Assembly (NCBI GenBank): GCA_964617665.1
Contig: CAZUAH010000008.1
Span: 1 to 64,000, forward strand
Length of the DNA stretch: 64,000 nt
Direction of reading: 5' to 3'
DNA from: an uncultured Pirellulaceae bacterium
GTDB lineage: Bacteria; Planctomycetota; Planctomycetia; Pirellulales; Pirellulaceae
Shown: positions 6,895 through 16,649 of the stretch, piece by piece
Layout of the letters: every line of letters starts with the position of its first letter
Position numbering within the stretch: the stretch's first letter is position 1
The notes under the pieces: generated by a model
Seen by the model: only the letters and a program-made list of their open reading frames with translations
Told to the model about the DNA's origin: nothing
The model's database searches: none
Program-made: the position numbers and the translations under genes

Positions 6895-9639
6895 ATGTCT
6901 GACACGTTTGAATCGACGCAGGGAGGAGCAGACCGTTTCACCGAACATCCTGGTCCCCCCAAGAAAGAACTCTCTCCATTGGTGCTGGGATGCGGGGCCC
7001 TGCTCTTGGCGTTTTTCGCGTTGGGCGTCTTGGCCGTCGCCGGACTTGGCGTCGCTTGGTTCGCGGTCGGGCCCGCGGCAGATCCTGCGTCGGGTCGGAC
7101 TGTGATACGCCGAGGGACGCCGGTTGCGGAGCAGTCGTTGCCCGATGGCTCGTTCCTTGTGATTGAGAAGGTGACCTACGGCAGGCAGCATCGTTTCGAA
7201 TTCGACATCGAACAAACGTCGCAGCGGGGCTTTCCGGGATCACCGTCGCCTCCGGGCGGTGTTACCGAACAGACGGAGAAAGACAGTATCGTCGTCTGGA
7301 TGACAAAGTGGGACTCGACGAAACGAAAGGCATTGGACTTCGACTGGTTCCTGCGCTGTGCAGCCGTCGATGCGCACGGGTGCGAAATCGACAATTTTGA
7401 CAAAGGGCGAAACGCCTACGAGGGTTTCGGAAGCAGCAGCACGCACGGGGGCACGGGGCCGTTTTCGCGTCTGGGCGGTGGCCCTTATGACATGATCGTG
7501 ACCCACTTCGGGCTCCCGGCGATTCGTCACGACGGCAAGACGTTCAAACTACGCGTCTACGACACGACCGATCAGAAGGTCGCCGAGTTCGACGTTCCGG
7601 ATCCCACTCCGTCGGGCGGCAGCTATCCGGAATGGAAGCCGGAACCGCTGCCTGCCACCAAGAGCGATGGGGATGTTTCGTTGACACTGACCGGTCTTAT
7701 GGCGCAATCATCGGAATCGCCTCGAACGAATAACGGCATCTCCTGGACAGAAACCCGCATTCGACTGAACACGCAGTTTGAAACAAAGCAAGCAGATGAA
7801 ACAACGGGCGCCTGGAGCGAACGATCGTTTCGCCTTTTCGACGCGTTGGGGAATGAGAGTTCTGTTTGGGACTGCAGGCTGTGCCAGAAGGAATCGGCCT
7901 GGGGATTGCAGGTCAAGGTGTGGCGCAACGACTCGGCCTCGTTCGACGCCAGCGAAACATGGTCCTTTGCAGAACTTCCCGTGCCAGAGCGGCAGCGGGT
8001 GCAGTACGTGAACCAAGCGAAGACGTTCGAGCGTGCGACACTGGAACTGCTGGCGGTTGGCGGTACAGGCTCGGTGTCCTATCCCGGCTTGGTGCCTGGA
8101 TACAGTGGCGGTCACAGTTCAAGCGGAAGCAGCTACTTCGGCCAAGGCAAGGATCGGCGACGGGTGCCCTATAAAATCAGAGTCAGGGATAATCAGGTGA
8201 CCGTGGAGAGTGAGGTGCCGCATCTGTTGGCGCGTGTCACTCGTCTTTCAAGCGACCACCGACTATCGCTTCGCGTGAAGGACGACGAGGGCGGAGAAGT
8301 TCGTCTTAGCGATTCACTAGCGGTTGCCCCGGCCCCCACCCTGCGCGTCTGGTTCATCGACGCACCGCAAAAAGTCAAGTCGTTGAACGCCGAGTTCATT
8401 GTCCACCTGTGCCGCACGTTCGATTTCCTGGTTGCCCCGCCTGCGGTCGAACCAGATCCAACGGGCCCTTTGTCTCGCTCGCCGCGAACGCCCGCGCAAA
8501 GGCGCCGCATCGCCGAGCGGGAAATCCAGAACCGAAAACGAGCGTTGGCCGCCGCCCCGGATGATCTCGGAGCGATGAATAACCTGGCATGGGCTTACGT
8601 CACCGCTCCGGACGAGTTGCGGGATGCGAAACAGGCCGTCACGCTGGCCGAAAAGGCGGTAGCCCGGAAGCCGGAAGACCGCAACTATGTCAACACGCTC
8701 GGAGCGGCCTACTACCAGGCCGGGCAGTACGACAAAGCCCTTTCGATCCTGGAACGCAACGCGCGGGAACGAACGGACGCAGTGGTTTGTTTTGACCTGT
8801 ACGCCTTGGCCATGGCCTATTTCAGGCTGCACCAGAAGGACAAAGCAAAGGAGACGTACGAACAAGCGTTAGATCGCCATCGTGGTTTCGAAGCGAAACT
8901 GTCCTCGACCCACTGGCACGAGTTGTACGGATTCCGCGTCGAGGCGGCCACGTTACTCCTGGGAGAACCTCCCCAACAAGTCTTTGACCGTGCCCGAGAA
9001 CTGGCCCGCAAGGGAGCCTGGGAGCCGGCGGCGGCCCAGTTTGCCAAGGGGTTGGACGTGTATCCGGACGAACACTGGCAGTGGTATCGCAGCGGTGCGC
9101 TAGAGGCTTATTTGGATCACGCGGACGAATACCGCAACCGTTGCCGCAAGATGCTGGAATTGTTCGGCGACACGCGAGATCCATATATCGCCGAGCGGAC
9201 CGGCAAGCTCTGCCTGCTTCTGCCGGACGCGGTCCCGAACGACTCGCGCCCGACACAACTTGTGGATAGAGCCGTCGGCAAGCGTCCCGATGTCTCATGG
9301 TTGCAGCTCGCCGCAGCAATTGCCAAGTACCGGTCCGGAAAGTTCAAGGACGCGCTCGAGCAACTTCAGACCGCCGAGACACAAGCGGGAGACCAAGTCT
9401 ACTGCCGCACGTTCATTGAACTGTTTCAGGCAATGAGCCAACACCACTTGGGTGAACACGACGCTGCTCAGAAGTCGCTCGCCAAAGCCGTAGCGCGTTT
9501 GGATGCAAGTGCCCCGCAACCGGAAGACGAAACCGTCGACTACGGTACGAGTTGGCACGACTATCTTATGGCCGAAGTGATCCGCCGCGAAGCAGAGGGG
9601 CTTCTTCGTGACGCGCCGCGTCGCAAGCCGGATTCATAA
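6895..9639 (+). CDS. Membrane-anchored protein with a large extracytoplasmic domain and C-terminal TPR repeats
   Basis: 914 aa. Single N-terminal TM helix (LVLGCGALLLAFFALGVLAVAGLGVAWFAV). The C-terminal ~350 aa have TPR-like repeats (NNLAWAYVTAPDELRDAKQAVTLAEKAV...NTLGAAYYQAGQYDKALSILERNA...YALAMAYFRLHQKDKAKETYEQAL). Confidence 0.85.
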   Translation: MSDTFESTQGGADRFTEHPGPPKKELSPLVLGCGALLLAFFALGVLAVAGLGVAWFAVGPAADPASGRTVIRRGTPVAEQSLPDGSFLVIEKVTYGRQHRFEFDIEQTSQRGFPGSPSPPGGVTEQTEKDSIVVWMTKWDSTKRKALDFDWFLRCAAVDAHGCEIDNFDKGRNAYEGFGSSSTHGGTGPFSRLGGGPYDMIVTHFGLPAIRHDGKTFKLRVYDTTDQKVAEFDVPDPTPSGGSYPEWKPEPLPATKSDGDVSLTLTGLMAQSSESPRTNNGISWTETRIRLNTQFETKQADETTGAWSERSFRLFDALGNESSVWDCRLCQKESAWGLQVKVWRNDSASFDASETWSFAELPVPERQRVQYVNQAKTFERATLELLAVGGTGSVSYPGLVPGYSGGHSSSGSSYFGQGKDRRRVPYKIRVRDNQVTVESEVPHLLARVTRLSSDHRLSLRVKDDEGGEVRLSDSLAVAPAPTLRVWFIDAPQKVKSLNAEFIVHLCRTFDFLVAPPAVEPDPTGPLSRSPRTPAQRRRIAEREIQNRKRALAAAPDDLGAMNNLAWAYVTAPDELRDAKQAVTLAEKAVARKPEDRNYVNTLGAAYYQAGQYDKALSILERNARERTDAVVCFDLYALAMAYFRLHQKDKAKETYEQALDRHRGFEAKLSSTHWHELYGFRVEAATLLLGEPPQQVFDRARELARKGAWEPAAAQFAKGLDVYPDEHWQWYRSGALEAYLDHADEYRNRCRKMLELFGDTRDPYIAERTGKLCLLLPDAVPNDSRPTQLVDRAVGKRPDVSWLQLAAAIAKYRSGKFKDALEQLQTAETQAGDQVYCRTFIELFQAMSQHHLGEHDAAQKSLAKAVARLDASAPQPEDETVDYGTSWHDYLMAEVIRREAEGLLRDAPRRKPDS

Positions 9640-9716
9640 CCAACCTCTCGCGGCTCTCTGGGCCGCAATCAACAAACGGCCATCCCCAGCTTTTTGAAGA
9701 AATCCGAGAACGGATC

Positions 9717-9744
9717 TTGACAGATCTATTGTTATAGTATACTA
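9717..9744 (+). promoter_or_regulatory. Putative promoter (TTGACA-15nt-TATACT) overlapping a perfect 10-bp palindrome TAGTATACTA that fits the GntR operator consensus TnGTnnACnA
   Basis: AT-rich stretch cTTGACAgatctattgttatagTATACTAgttaaatatataact ~35 nt upstream of the gntR-like GTG start. The palindrome at 9735-9744 has the GT-n2-AC core. Likely an autoregulatory operator. Confidence 0.4.
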
Positions 9745-9778
9745 GTTAAATATATAACTAAATCATCGGACCGCAGCC

Positions 9779-10156
9779 GTGCAGATTTCTATCGACACAA
9801 AGAGCGGGGTGCCGTTCTATCGGCAGATCATCGAGCAGGTGAAGTTCGCCATCGCCCAAGGTGACCTCCGGACCGGCGATCGGCTTCCTACGATCCGCCA
9901 GCTTTCGGTCGACCTGTCAATTAACCCCAACACGGTGATTCGCGCTTATCGCGAGCTGGAAATCGAAGGGATGCTCGACACGCATCAAGGGTCGGGCACC
10001 TTTGTCAGTAAGTGTCGGCCGGATGTCGGCAAACTTGAACGGCAACGGATGCTCGACCAAATCCTGACTGACATGTTGGCCCGGGCTTCGTCCTACGGCT
10101 TCACGCTGGACGCCGTACTGGAAGGCCTTCGTCAACGAAAGGAGGAGACCAAATGA
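9779..10156 (+). CDS. GntR-family transcriptional regulator (short, YtrA-like)
   Basis: 125 aa starting at GTG. VPFYRQIIEQVKFAIAQGDLRTGDRLPTIRQLSVDLSINPNTVIRAYRELEIEGMLDTHQGSGTFV is the classic GntR winged-HTH. Its stop overlaps the downstream SPFH start (ATGA). Confidence 0.9.
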   Translation: MQISIDTKSGVPFYRQIIEQVKFAIAQGDLRTGDRLPTIRQLSVDLSINPNTVIRAYRELEIEGMLDTHQGSGTFVSKCRPDVGKLERQRMLDQILTDMLARASSYGFTLDAVLEGLRQRKEETK

Positions 10157-11301
10157 GTCCGGCTACCAAGACCTCGGATCTCGGCAAGGCGGGGCGAACG
10201 ACGTCGCTCGAGAAGTTCGCCACCACATTGAGTGCGGACTTCCGTTTCGCGCCGCTAAATGTGCTAGTGCTAGTGACGGTATTCGCAATCGGCGTCGTCG
10301 TGCACTTGGCCCTCGCCTTCAAGCTCCAGGTTGCGGAGGAGCAGTCCACGGTGCAGGTCGTATTGCTTTATCTGTGCTCGGCCGTGGTCTTGGCCGTGGT
10401 CTTTCGAGTGGCCCAAGTCTGGGAGACCGTGGTCGTGCTGGGGGCTTCCGACTGCTTGGTCAGCTACTTGGTACTGAAGTCCGAGCACCCAGCGCTAATC
10501 GCGACCGTTATTGCGACCATTGGGGTCGCAGTCGTATGTGCGCCGGCAATACAGATCGCCTACCAATGGGAGCGGGCGGTTGTCCTGCGCTTCGGCCGGT
10601 TCAAGACGCTACACAAGCCGGGCATCTTTGTTGTGATTCCCGTCTTCGACAAGGTGGCCCAGTTCGTTGATCAACGTATTCGAGTGACCGACTTCAGCGC
10701 GGAAACCACGTTGACGGCGGACACGGTACCAGTCAACGTCGACGCCATTGGGTTTTGGATGGTCTGGGATGCACAGAAATCCGTTCTTGAGGTGGAGCAC
10801 TTCGACGAGGCCGTTGTACTCTCGGCACAAACGGCGCTGCGCAACGCAATCGGCAAGCATGACTTGGCGGTCTTGCTCTCTGAACGCGAGCGTTTGGGCA
10901 AGGAAATCCAACACTCACTTGACGAAAAAACCAGCGCCTGGGGAATCACGACACAAGCCGTCGAGATTCGCGACATCATCATCCCCAAAGGGCTCGAAGA
11001 CGCCATGTCACGTCAGGCCCAGGCGGAACGAGAACGCCAGAGCCGGATCATCCTGGGAACAGCGGAGACGGAGATCGCGGAGAAGTTCGCCGCAGCGTCG
11101 ACGCATTACCGTGACAATCCCGTTGCGCTTCACTTGCGAGCGATGAATATGGTCTACGAAGGCCTACGGCAAAAGGGCTCGATGATCATCGTCCCCTCCA
11201 GCGCGGTCGAGTCGATGGGCCTAGGGGCACTCGGCGGACTAACGTCGTTTGGCAAGGACATCCAGGATGAGCAAGCGGCGGAAGCAGAAGCTGAGTCATG
11301 A
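10153..11301 (+). CDS. SPFH/band-7 (stomatin/prohibitin-like) membrane protein
   Basis: 382 aa. N-terminal multi-TM region, then WERAVVLRFGRFKTLHKPGIFVVIPVFD, the band-7 core and a coiled-coil tail QAQAERERQSRI. Translationally coupled to the GntR gene. Confidence 0.9.
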   Translation: MSPATKTSDLGKAGRTTSLEKFATTLSADFRFAPLNVLVLVTVFAIGVVVHLALAFKLQVAEEQSTVQVVLLYLCSAVVLAVVFRVAQVWETVVVLGASDCLVSYLVLKSEHPALIATVIATIGVAVVCAPAIQIAYQWERAVVLRFGRFKTLHKPGIFVVIPVFDKVAQFVDQRIRVTDFSAETTLTADTVPVNVDAIGFWMVWDAQKSVLEVEHFDEAVVLSAQTALRNAIGKHDLAVLLSERERLGKEIQHSLDEKTSAWGITTQAVEIRDIIIPKGLEDAMSRQAQAERERQSRIILGTAETEIAEKFAAASTHYRDNPVALHLRAMNMVYEGLRQKGSMIIVPSSAVESMGLGALGGLTSFGKDIQDEQAAEAEAES

Positions 11302-11320
11302 TCGCGGGCGGTTGTATTGA
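11075..11320 (+). repeat. Right copy of ~245-bp direct repeat (3-prime end of SPFH gene plus ~20 bp); partner at 1896-2140
   Basis: ~92% identity over the aligned stretch, with 3-bp-periodic mismatches. Homology begins near EKFAAASTHYRDNP and ends ~20 bp after the TGA stop. Confidence 0.8.
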
Positions 11321-12171
11321 TCGGACCTTTGCCTAGCCAACGCCAATCGCACGGCCCACATCAGCACGCACAAGCATGCGAAGGCGATGCTGGCCCATTG
11401 GGAGAAGGTTAAATCGTAGGCCAACAGTGGATTGTCTGCCCGAAACCACTCGACGGCGAATCGGATTGCGGTGTATCCGATCCCGAACAGAAGGAACGAT
11501 TCGCCCCAGCGACGTAATCGCCCATCGACCAAGAGCAGCACGCCCAGCAAGACTAGCGAGGCTGCCATCTCGTACAGCTGGACTGGATGCACGGGCAGCG
11601 ATCGTTCGGCGGATGGTGGTAGCAGGCCGGCGGTAAGGTGTTGATAGTATGCGGGACTCCCGGCGGGAAAGGTCACGGATATCGGCCAGTCTTCGTTGCA
11701 GACGCTGGGTATCGTCTGTACTTGCCGTCGCCAAGCTTGATCGTCGACGGTGGCAAGCCGATCTGGACGAACGCAGACATCACCCCAGCAGCAACCGCCA
11801 AGAATACACCCAACGCGAAGCAAGGCGATGATCAGAGGTAGCGAAAGGGCAAAGGCGTCTCCGAGCTTTCCCAGTGGTGTACGGACCACCGCGCCGTAAA
11901 TAGCCCCGACAGCGACGGCCAACAACAGTCCGCCGTACAGCACTCGGTCGTTGCCAGCGCCGCCCGATAGCGTCTGACAAAACCGTCCGCCGAGTCGTGT
12001 GCCCAATGCCGTGCTGATCAGAAGCAACGGCACCAACCAATCGATTTTCCAGGACGGGATGCCCAACCTACGAGCCCGCCGCCGCGCGACCCACCATCCA
12101 ACGCCCCAGGCCAGCAGCAGCATTGCGCCATAGGACTTGAACCAAGGAACGGAAACCAAGGTCGGATACAT
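11296..12171 (-). CDS. lgt: Prolipoprotein diacylglyceryl transferase
   Basis: 291 aa. HPVQLYEMAASLVLLGVLLLV...GESFLLFGIGYTAIRFAVEWFRADNP parallels E. coli Lgt HPSQLYELLLEGVVLF...[21 protein letters not shown]. Multi-TM. Convergent 6-bp overlap with the SPFH gene. Confidence 0.9.
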   Translation of the reverse strand: MYPTLVSVPWFKSYGAMLLLAWGVGWWVARRRARRLGIPSWKIDWLVPLLLISTALGTRLGGRFCQTLSGGAGNDRVLYGGLLLAVAVGAIYGAVVRTPLGKLGDAFALSLPLIIALLRVGCILGGCCWGDVCVRPDRLATVDDQAWRRQVQTIPSVCNEDWPISVTFPAGSPAYYQHLTAGLLPPSAERSLPVHPVQLYEMAASLVLLGVLLLVDGRLRRWGESFLLFGIGYTAIRFAVEWFRADNPLLAYDLTFSQWASIAFACLCVLMWAVRLALARQRSDQYNRPRS

Positions 12172-12174
12172 CGC

Positions 12175-12804
12175 CTACCAATCACGCTCCGGAGGCTCGA
12201 ACGCCTCTAGAACACTCTCGACAAATGACTTGTCCTTGGCCTTCTCGAAAACGAACTCATCGTCGATATATAGAGCGTCCAAGTCGACATTCTCCGCGAT
12301 CACCTTCTCCAATTCGCTGCTATTGTTGGCATTTTCTGCAGGTTCCTCATCTCCGTTCACGAATCGCAGATGGAGCGAGCCGTCTTTCAGATCCATCTTA
12401 CCGACCAAGTAGGGCGGCTTTTCGCCTACTCCAGCGAAATGTTCACAACTCAGGCATTCCATCGAGATAAAGGTCGCGTCTCCGATGGATGTCAGCCACG
12501 CTTTGAAGTCCAATCGCTCGGACGGTTTGATTTCATCACCCTCTCGGCTGTAGGTGAATATATTGACGTAGTACGTGCGAGAATCGTACGGGCGCAAGAA
12601 CAGCAAATTGTCTTCGCCTCCGTCTTCCTTCGTCACCCAAACGCCTGAGTACTTCGGATCAACTTTGCTCTTCTCTGAGTCCCCCACTGGATACTCGACG
12701 CATGCAGTGAGTCCCAAGATGACAACGATCAATGGAGCGACCGTCACCAGGCTCAACAACAGGCTTCTCCTCTTCAAGAACTGGATCAGTTGCGAGCGTC
12801 TCAT
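12175..12804 (-). CDS. Hypothetical lipoprotein
   Basis: 209 aa with signal peptide and lipobox (LGLTAC). Its stop lies 4 nt before the lgt start, suggesting an operon. Confidence 0.8.
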   Translation of the reverse strand: MRRSQLIQFLKRRSLLLSLVTVAPLIVVILGLTACVEYPVGDSEKSKVDPKYSGVWVTKEDGGEDNLLFLRPYDSRTYYVNIFTYSREGDEIKPSERLDFKAWLTSIGDATFISMECLSCEHFAGVGEKPPYLVGKMDLKDGSLHLRFVNGDEEPAENANNSSELEKVIAENVDLDALYIDDEFVFEKAKDKSFVESVLEAFEPPERDW

Positions 12805-12840
12805 GCCTAATCTCCTTTATGCAAAGTAGACTGTTGAGAG

Positions 12841-13752
12841 TCAGCGGGATGGGCGTGAAACCGCCTTAATCGGCTCGCCCGAGACCTCGACCTCCTGGCC
12901 ACGAAGGTGCTTGTGGAAAAACGAAGTAACACGTTTCATCACTTCCGGTCCGCCGATACCGTGGCCACCGCCTTCGATCCTCACGAACGTAACATCAACG
13001 TCGCATTCCTTCAGCTTTTCGTTGAATAATTCAGCCTGCTCGATGGGCACGGTGCCGTCTTTCGTGCCGTGAACGATCAATATCGGTGGGTCGCCCTTGC
13101 TAACGTGGGCGGCAGGCGACGCGGCCTTGGCTTCCGCTTGTCGTTCATCGGCCGGTTTGGAGCCAAACAACAGGTCCGCCGCCGAATGCTTGAAGATGAC
13201 CATGTCAGTCGGGCCACAGAAATCCACGACGCATGTCACGCGGCTGGAAACATCGGGCGTTCCGCAATCTCCTTCCAACTCCTCGATGTCACTGGACGTG
13301 CCCAGCAAGCTGACCAAGTGGCCACCGGCCGAGCTTCCCCAAACACCCATGCGATCTGGATCGATGCCGAACTTGTCCGCGTTGGCTCGTACCCATCGGA
13401 TAGCAGCCTTGCAGTCGCTGATTTGCGCCGGCCAAATCGCCTCGCCGCTCAACCGGTACCCAACCGATACTCCAACATAATTTCCCGTTCCCACAAAGCC
13501 GGTCAACCGGCCCCCGCTCGACTTATCCCCACCGCGCCACCCGCCGCCATGGATCCAAACGATCACAGGAAGCCGATCTGCAGCCCGTTCCTTCGGCTGA
13601 TAGATGTCCAATGCCAAACTTCGCTCGCCGGCACGTCCATATTCGACGTCCCGCGTAACATCAACCTTCTGAGCAGGGCGTGGCTGTGCCGCCTCCGTTT
13701 GGACGATCGTCCCGGAGCACATCAACACGAAGACAAGTGCAAGTCGCATCAT
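12841..13752 (-). CDS. Secreted alpha/beta hydrolase (esterase/lipase family)
   Basis: 303 aa. Signal peptide, oxyanion motif HGGGW, nucleophile elbow GSSAGG, C-terminal HGTKD and GGGHG. AAGGAAA Shine-Dalgarno. Confidence 0.85.
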   Translation of the reverse strand: MMRLALVFVLMCSGTIVQTEAAQPRPAQKVDVTRDVEYGRAGERSLALDIYQPKERAADRLPVIVWIHGGGWRGGDKSSGGRLTGFVGTGNYVGVSVGYRLSGEAIWPAQISDCKAAIRWVRANADKFGIDPDRMGVWGSSAGGHLVSLLGTSSDIEELEGDCGTPDVSSRVTCVVDFCGPTDMVIFKHSAADLLFGSKPADERQAEAKAASPAAHVSKGDPPILIVHGTKDGTVPIEQAELFNEKLKECDVDVTFVRIEGGGHGIGGPEVMKRVTSFFHKHLRGQEVEVSGEPIKAVSRPSR

Positions 13753-13887
13753 GGGGTATTTCCTTTCTTCTCGGTGTATCTCTTGGCACGTGGGTTCGCG
13801 TTGTGTCAGTGTACAGCGCCCCCATCATTGACTTGATGGTATCGTGTTTCAAACTGATTGACAAACAGAAACAGCCGCATGCACAGA

Positions 13888-16428
13888 CTATTCGCCACGA
13901 CTTGTGCCAGGCGTCCACCAATGGGACCGCCAGTATGACTCCTCGACTGCATAGACGTCGATGTGCGTTTGGCTGTCAAGGCCAGCGGGAAGGACTTCGT
14001 ATCGTTTCATCTCTCGAACCCATGGTTCGCTGGGGCAGAAGTCAGGGCTGTCGAAACGTCGGTCGGTTTCCAGATACTTCTTCCCGTCCCTGCAAAGGGA
14101 CAGAATTCGCTGATAGTCTGCATCCGAAGTGTCGGAGAAGACAGCGGCCGCGGTTCGATCATCGTCGTCTTGCTCCTTGTTCCGGCAAAGGCCCATACCT
14201 CCGGCTTCGCGTGTTAGAGGGGCCAAAAGCATCAGTGATTTCTCGGGACGCGAGAGATTGAACATCAAGTGGCGGGAGAAGCGGACTCGCGCGTCGCTGA
14301 AATCAGGATTGGAGAGTACCAGTCCCAGGTTATCGGAAAGGTACTTAGGCAGCGGAATCCGCTCGTCGTGGCAACCGGCGCAGCGACGCTGGATCGCAGC
14401 GGCCGCCGCCTTGGAACTGGGCCAGACGCGATCGGAGGTATCCAACTTGCTCTTGGGAAAACCGCCGATCATTCCCGTGTCCAGCGCCGCGTAGGTGCCG
14501 GGGTAGGCGGCCGCTGATTCGATCCAGTATCGAATCATATCCTGTTCGTAGCGCGTACACTTGGCGTCGTAATGGCTACCGTCCAACATTTTCATCAACG
14601 GGCTGGCCGAGGTCCCGACCGATCGAGGTGGAAGATTTGTGCGCACCCTATCACGGCCATCCGAGACATAACCCAAGGCCGTAAGCGTATAGTAACTGTG
14701 CGAGTAGATTGGCCCACGGTCGCCTGTCAGAATCACTCCGCCGTCACGTAGATCGTAGTCGTGACATTCGACGCAATGGCGGTCGAGAATCGGTTGGATA
14801 TCACGCGGAAAATCGAATACCTCTGGAATCCCCGGCAGTGACGCAATCTTGCTAGGTGGACGCTGTAGCGCGTCGAGTACGTTGTGCCCCGGATTGGATG
14901 CCGACCGCGTGCGATGCTCATGACAGCCGACACAACTGGTCGTCTCGCCGGGCATTACGGTCAGGAAGCTGTGCATTCGTTTGACCGAGTTGTTGTGCTC
15001 GTCCAATGCCACGAAGAACAGAGGACGAAGCGCCGGAACTTCGAAATACGCCGATCCGTCTGGTTCGACGGGGACGGTGCCGACGACTCGTTCCAGAGTG
15101 TACGTGCCGCCGAAGCTGATCGGAGGCATCTTGCCGCTGAAATTGACCGGTTTGGGAAGCGTCTCCAGTATCAGAAGCTTCTTGATCTCGCCGCGTCGCA
15201 CGCCTTCCATCCGTCGACTGGCGTAGATGTCCGCCAGCACAAGTCGTCCGTTCTGTGTCTCCCGTTCCGTACGTGGCGGGACCACCGGTTCGCGCCTCCT
15301 GGACGCAAGCGGCCGCGGTTCGTGGCACTCCGCACCAGCGTCTATCCATTCCTGCGGCAACCGATACAGCCGTCGCGTCTCGCCGCGATCATTCATCAGC
15401 AAGACCTCGGGGCCGCGTGCCACTAGAAACTGATCTTCAGATAGTGGATAGGGATCACGAAAATCAGGCGACTGACTGATCTGAGAAGCGGAGCCCAAAT
15501 TGTCGGGACCTCTTTTGGGCGTAAGCACTGTGATCGCTCCGGCGTGCTCCTTACGGCCGTGTCGCGGAGAGAATACGGCCACCACCTTGCCATCCGAGCC
15601 CGGGATCGGCTTGGCGTCGATCATCACCGTCCCCGGGTGCATATTGCCGTAGTAGATCATCTGCCCGGTTCCGTCCAGGTTGGACGTCCAGAGATGGTGG
15701 AACGAAACGCGGCTTCGGTCCACGTACTCCCATCGTTGGTAGATCACGCGACCGTCCGAGATGAGCCACGGCGTGTTGTCGTGCTCGATATTCGCCGAGA
15801 TGGGATGCACGTTTCCGCCATCCGCGTCGCAACCGTATAGGATAGCCACCGGCGAGTACCAGCAGTTGACCCAGCGGTTGCATCGGCTGGAACAGAACAG
15901 GATCTTCCCGTTGGGAAGGTACGTCGGTTCGATATCATCGTAGGGTCCTGTGGTCAGCTCCCGCAGCCCACGACCGTCGACGCCTATCTCGCACAGATGA
16001 AAGAAGTCAGACCCGCCTTCACGGTACGAGAACAAGATCTTCCGGCCATCGTAGTGCATCTGCGGGTCCCGAACCGATCCTGCGGGATCGCCCAACAATA
16101 TCTTTAGATCACCACTGCGCAGATTCAGTCGACACAGCCGCCCCTGGGAACCGTACATTTTGTCCTTCGGATCAAATGCGTAGTACCCGAAGTTCTCGTA
16201 CCAATGCCCCCCGACGCCGGGCTGCCGAACGGCAAAAATGATCTCGTCCGGGTCTACCGTGTCACCACGGACCGTTACCGTTGAGAACACCGCGACGACA
16301 AAAGCCAACAGTGTGACCAGTGGACTCGCCGGATGAAGTAGCCGAAACCAGTCCAAACGTCTGCCTGGCAACCCTGATGGAGGACGGCGATCAACTTCGT
16401 TCACGAAATATGCCAACTTGTTCTTCAT
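13888..16428 (-). CDS. Multihaem c-type cytochrome with N-terminal TolB-like beta-propeller (Planctomycete PSCyt-type)
   Basis: Start chosen at MKNKLAYF (ATG at 16426-16428) followed by a signal anchor. Three CxxCH motifs (CVGCHEH, CVECHD, CAGCHDE). The ORF track extends 80 codons further upstream with non-protein-like composition. Confidence 0.85.
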   Translation of the reverse strand: MKNKLAYFVNEVDRRPPSGLPGRRLDWFRLLHPASPLVTLLAFVVAVFSTVTVRGDTVDPDEIIFAVRQPGVGGHWYENFGYYAFDPKDKMYGSQGRLCRLNLRSGDLKILLGDPAGSVRDPQMHYDGRKILFSYREGGSDFFHLCEIGVDGRGLRELTTGPYDDIEPTYLPNGKILFCSSRCNRWVNCWYSPVAILYGCDADGGNVHPISANIEHDNTPWLISDGRVIYQRWEYVDRSRVSFHHLWTSNLDGTGQMIYYGNMHPGTVMIDAKPIPGSDGKVVAVFSPRHGRKEHAGAITVLTPKRGPDNLGSASQISQSPDFRDPYPLSEDQFLVARGPEVLLMNDRGETRRLYRLPQEWIDAGAECHEPRPLASRRREPVVPPRTERETQNGRLVLADIYASRRMEGVRRGEIKKLLILETLPKPVNFSGKMPPISFGGTYTLERVVGTVPVEPDGSAYFEVPALRPLFFVALDEHNNSVKRMHSFLTVMPGETTSCVGCHEHRTRSASNPGHNVLDALQRPPSKIASLPGIPEVFDFPRDIQPILDRHCVECHDYDLRDGGVILTGDRGPIYSHSYYTLTALGYVSDGRDRVRTNLPPRSVGTSASPLMKMLDGSHYDAKCTRYEQDMIRYWIESAAAYPGTYAALDTGMIGGFPKSKLDTSDRVWPSSKAAAAAIQRRCAGCHDERIPLPKYLSDNLGLVLSNPDFSDARVRFSRHLMFNLSRPEKSLMLLAPLTREAGGMGLCRNKEQDDDDRTAAAVFSDTSDADYQRILSLCRDGKKYLETDRRFDSPDFCPSEPWVREMKRYEVLPAGLDSQTHIDVYAVEESYWRSHWWTPGTSRGE

Positions 16429-16649
16429 CCTGACCATCTCACATCGTACCCAAGACCTGACTACTCTCGTCCGCCACGGGATCCCCTGATGGCGAGAGTG
16501 CGACTCCAGAGATTGTAGTCCATCACGCTGCAATTCCCAAACTCGCATTCCCGAGGTGGTAGGGAAAGTAGTTCTTCTTCGGTGAGGATGAGACAGGTAC
16601 AAGACATCACTCCGAGCACACGACGATATTTCGGCCTTGCGCAGGCCTG

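Noticed and set aside
13069-13836. 255-aa plus-strand ORF overlapping the alpha/beta hydrolase gene
   Set aside because: Antisense to a gene with signal peptide and GxSxG/HGGG motifs; Arg/Ala/Pro-rich and unlike real proteins.
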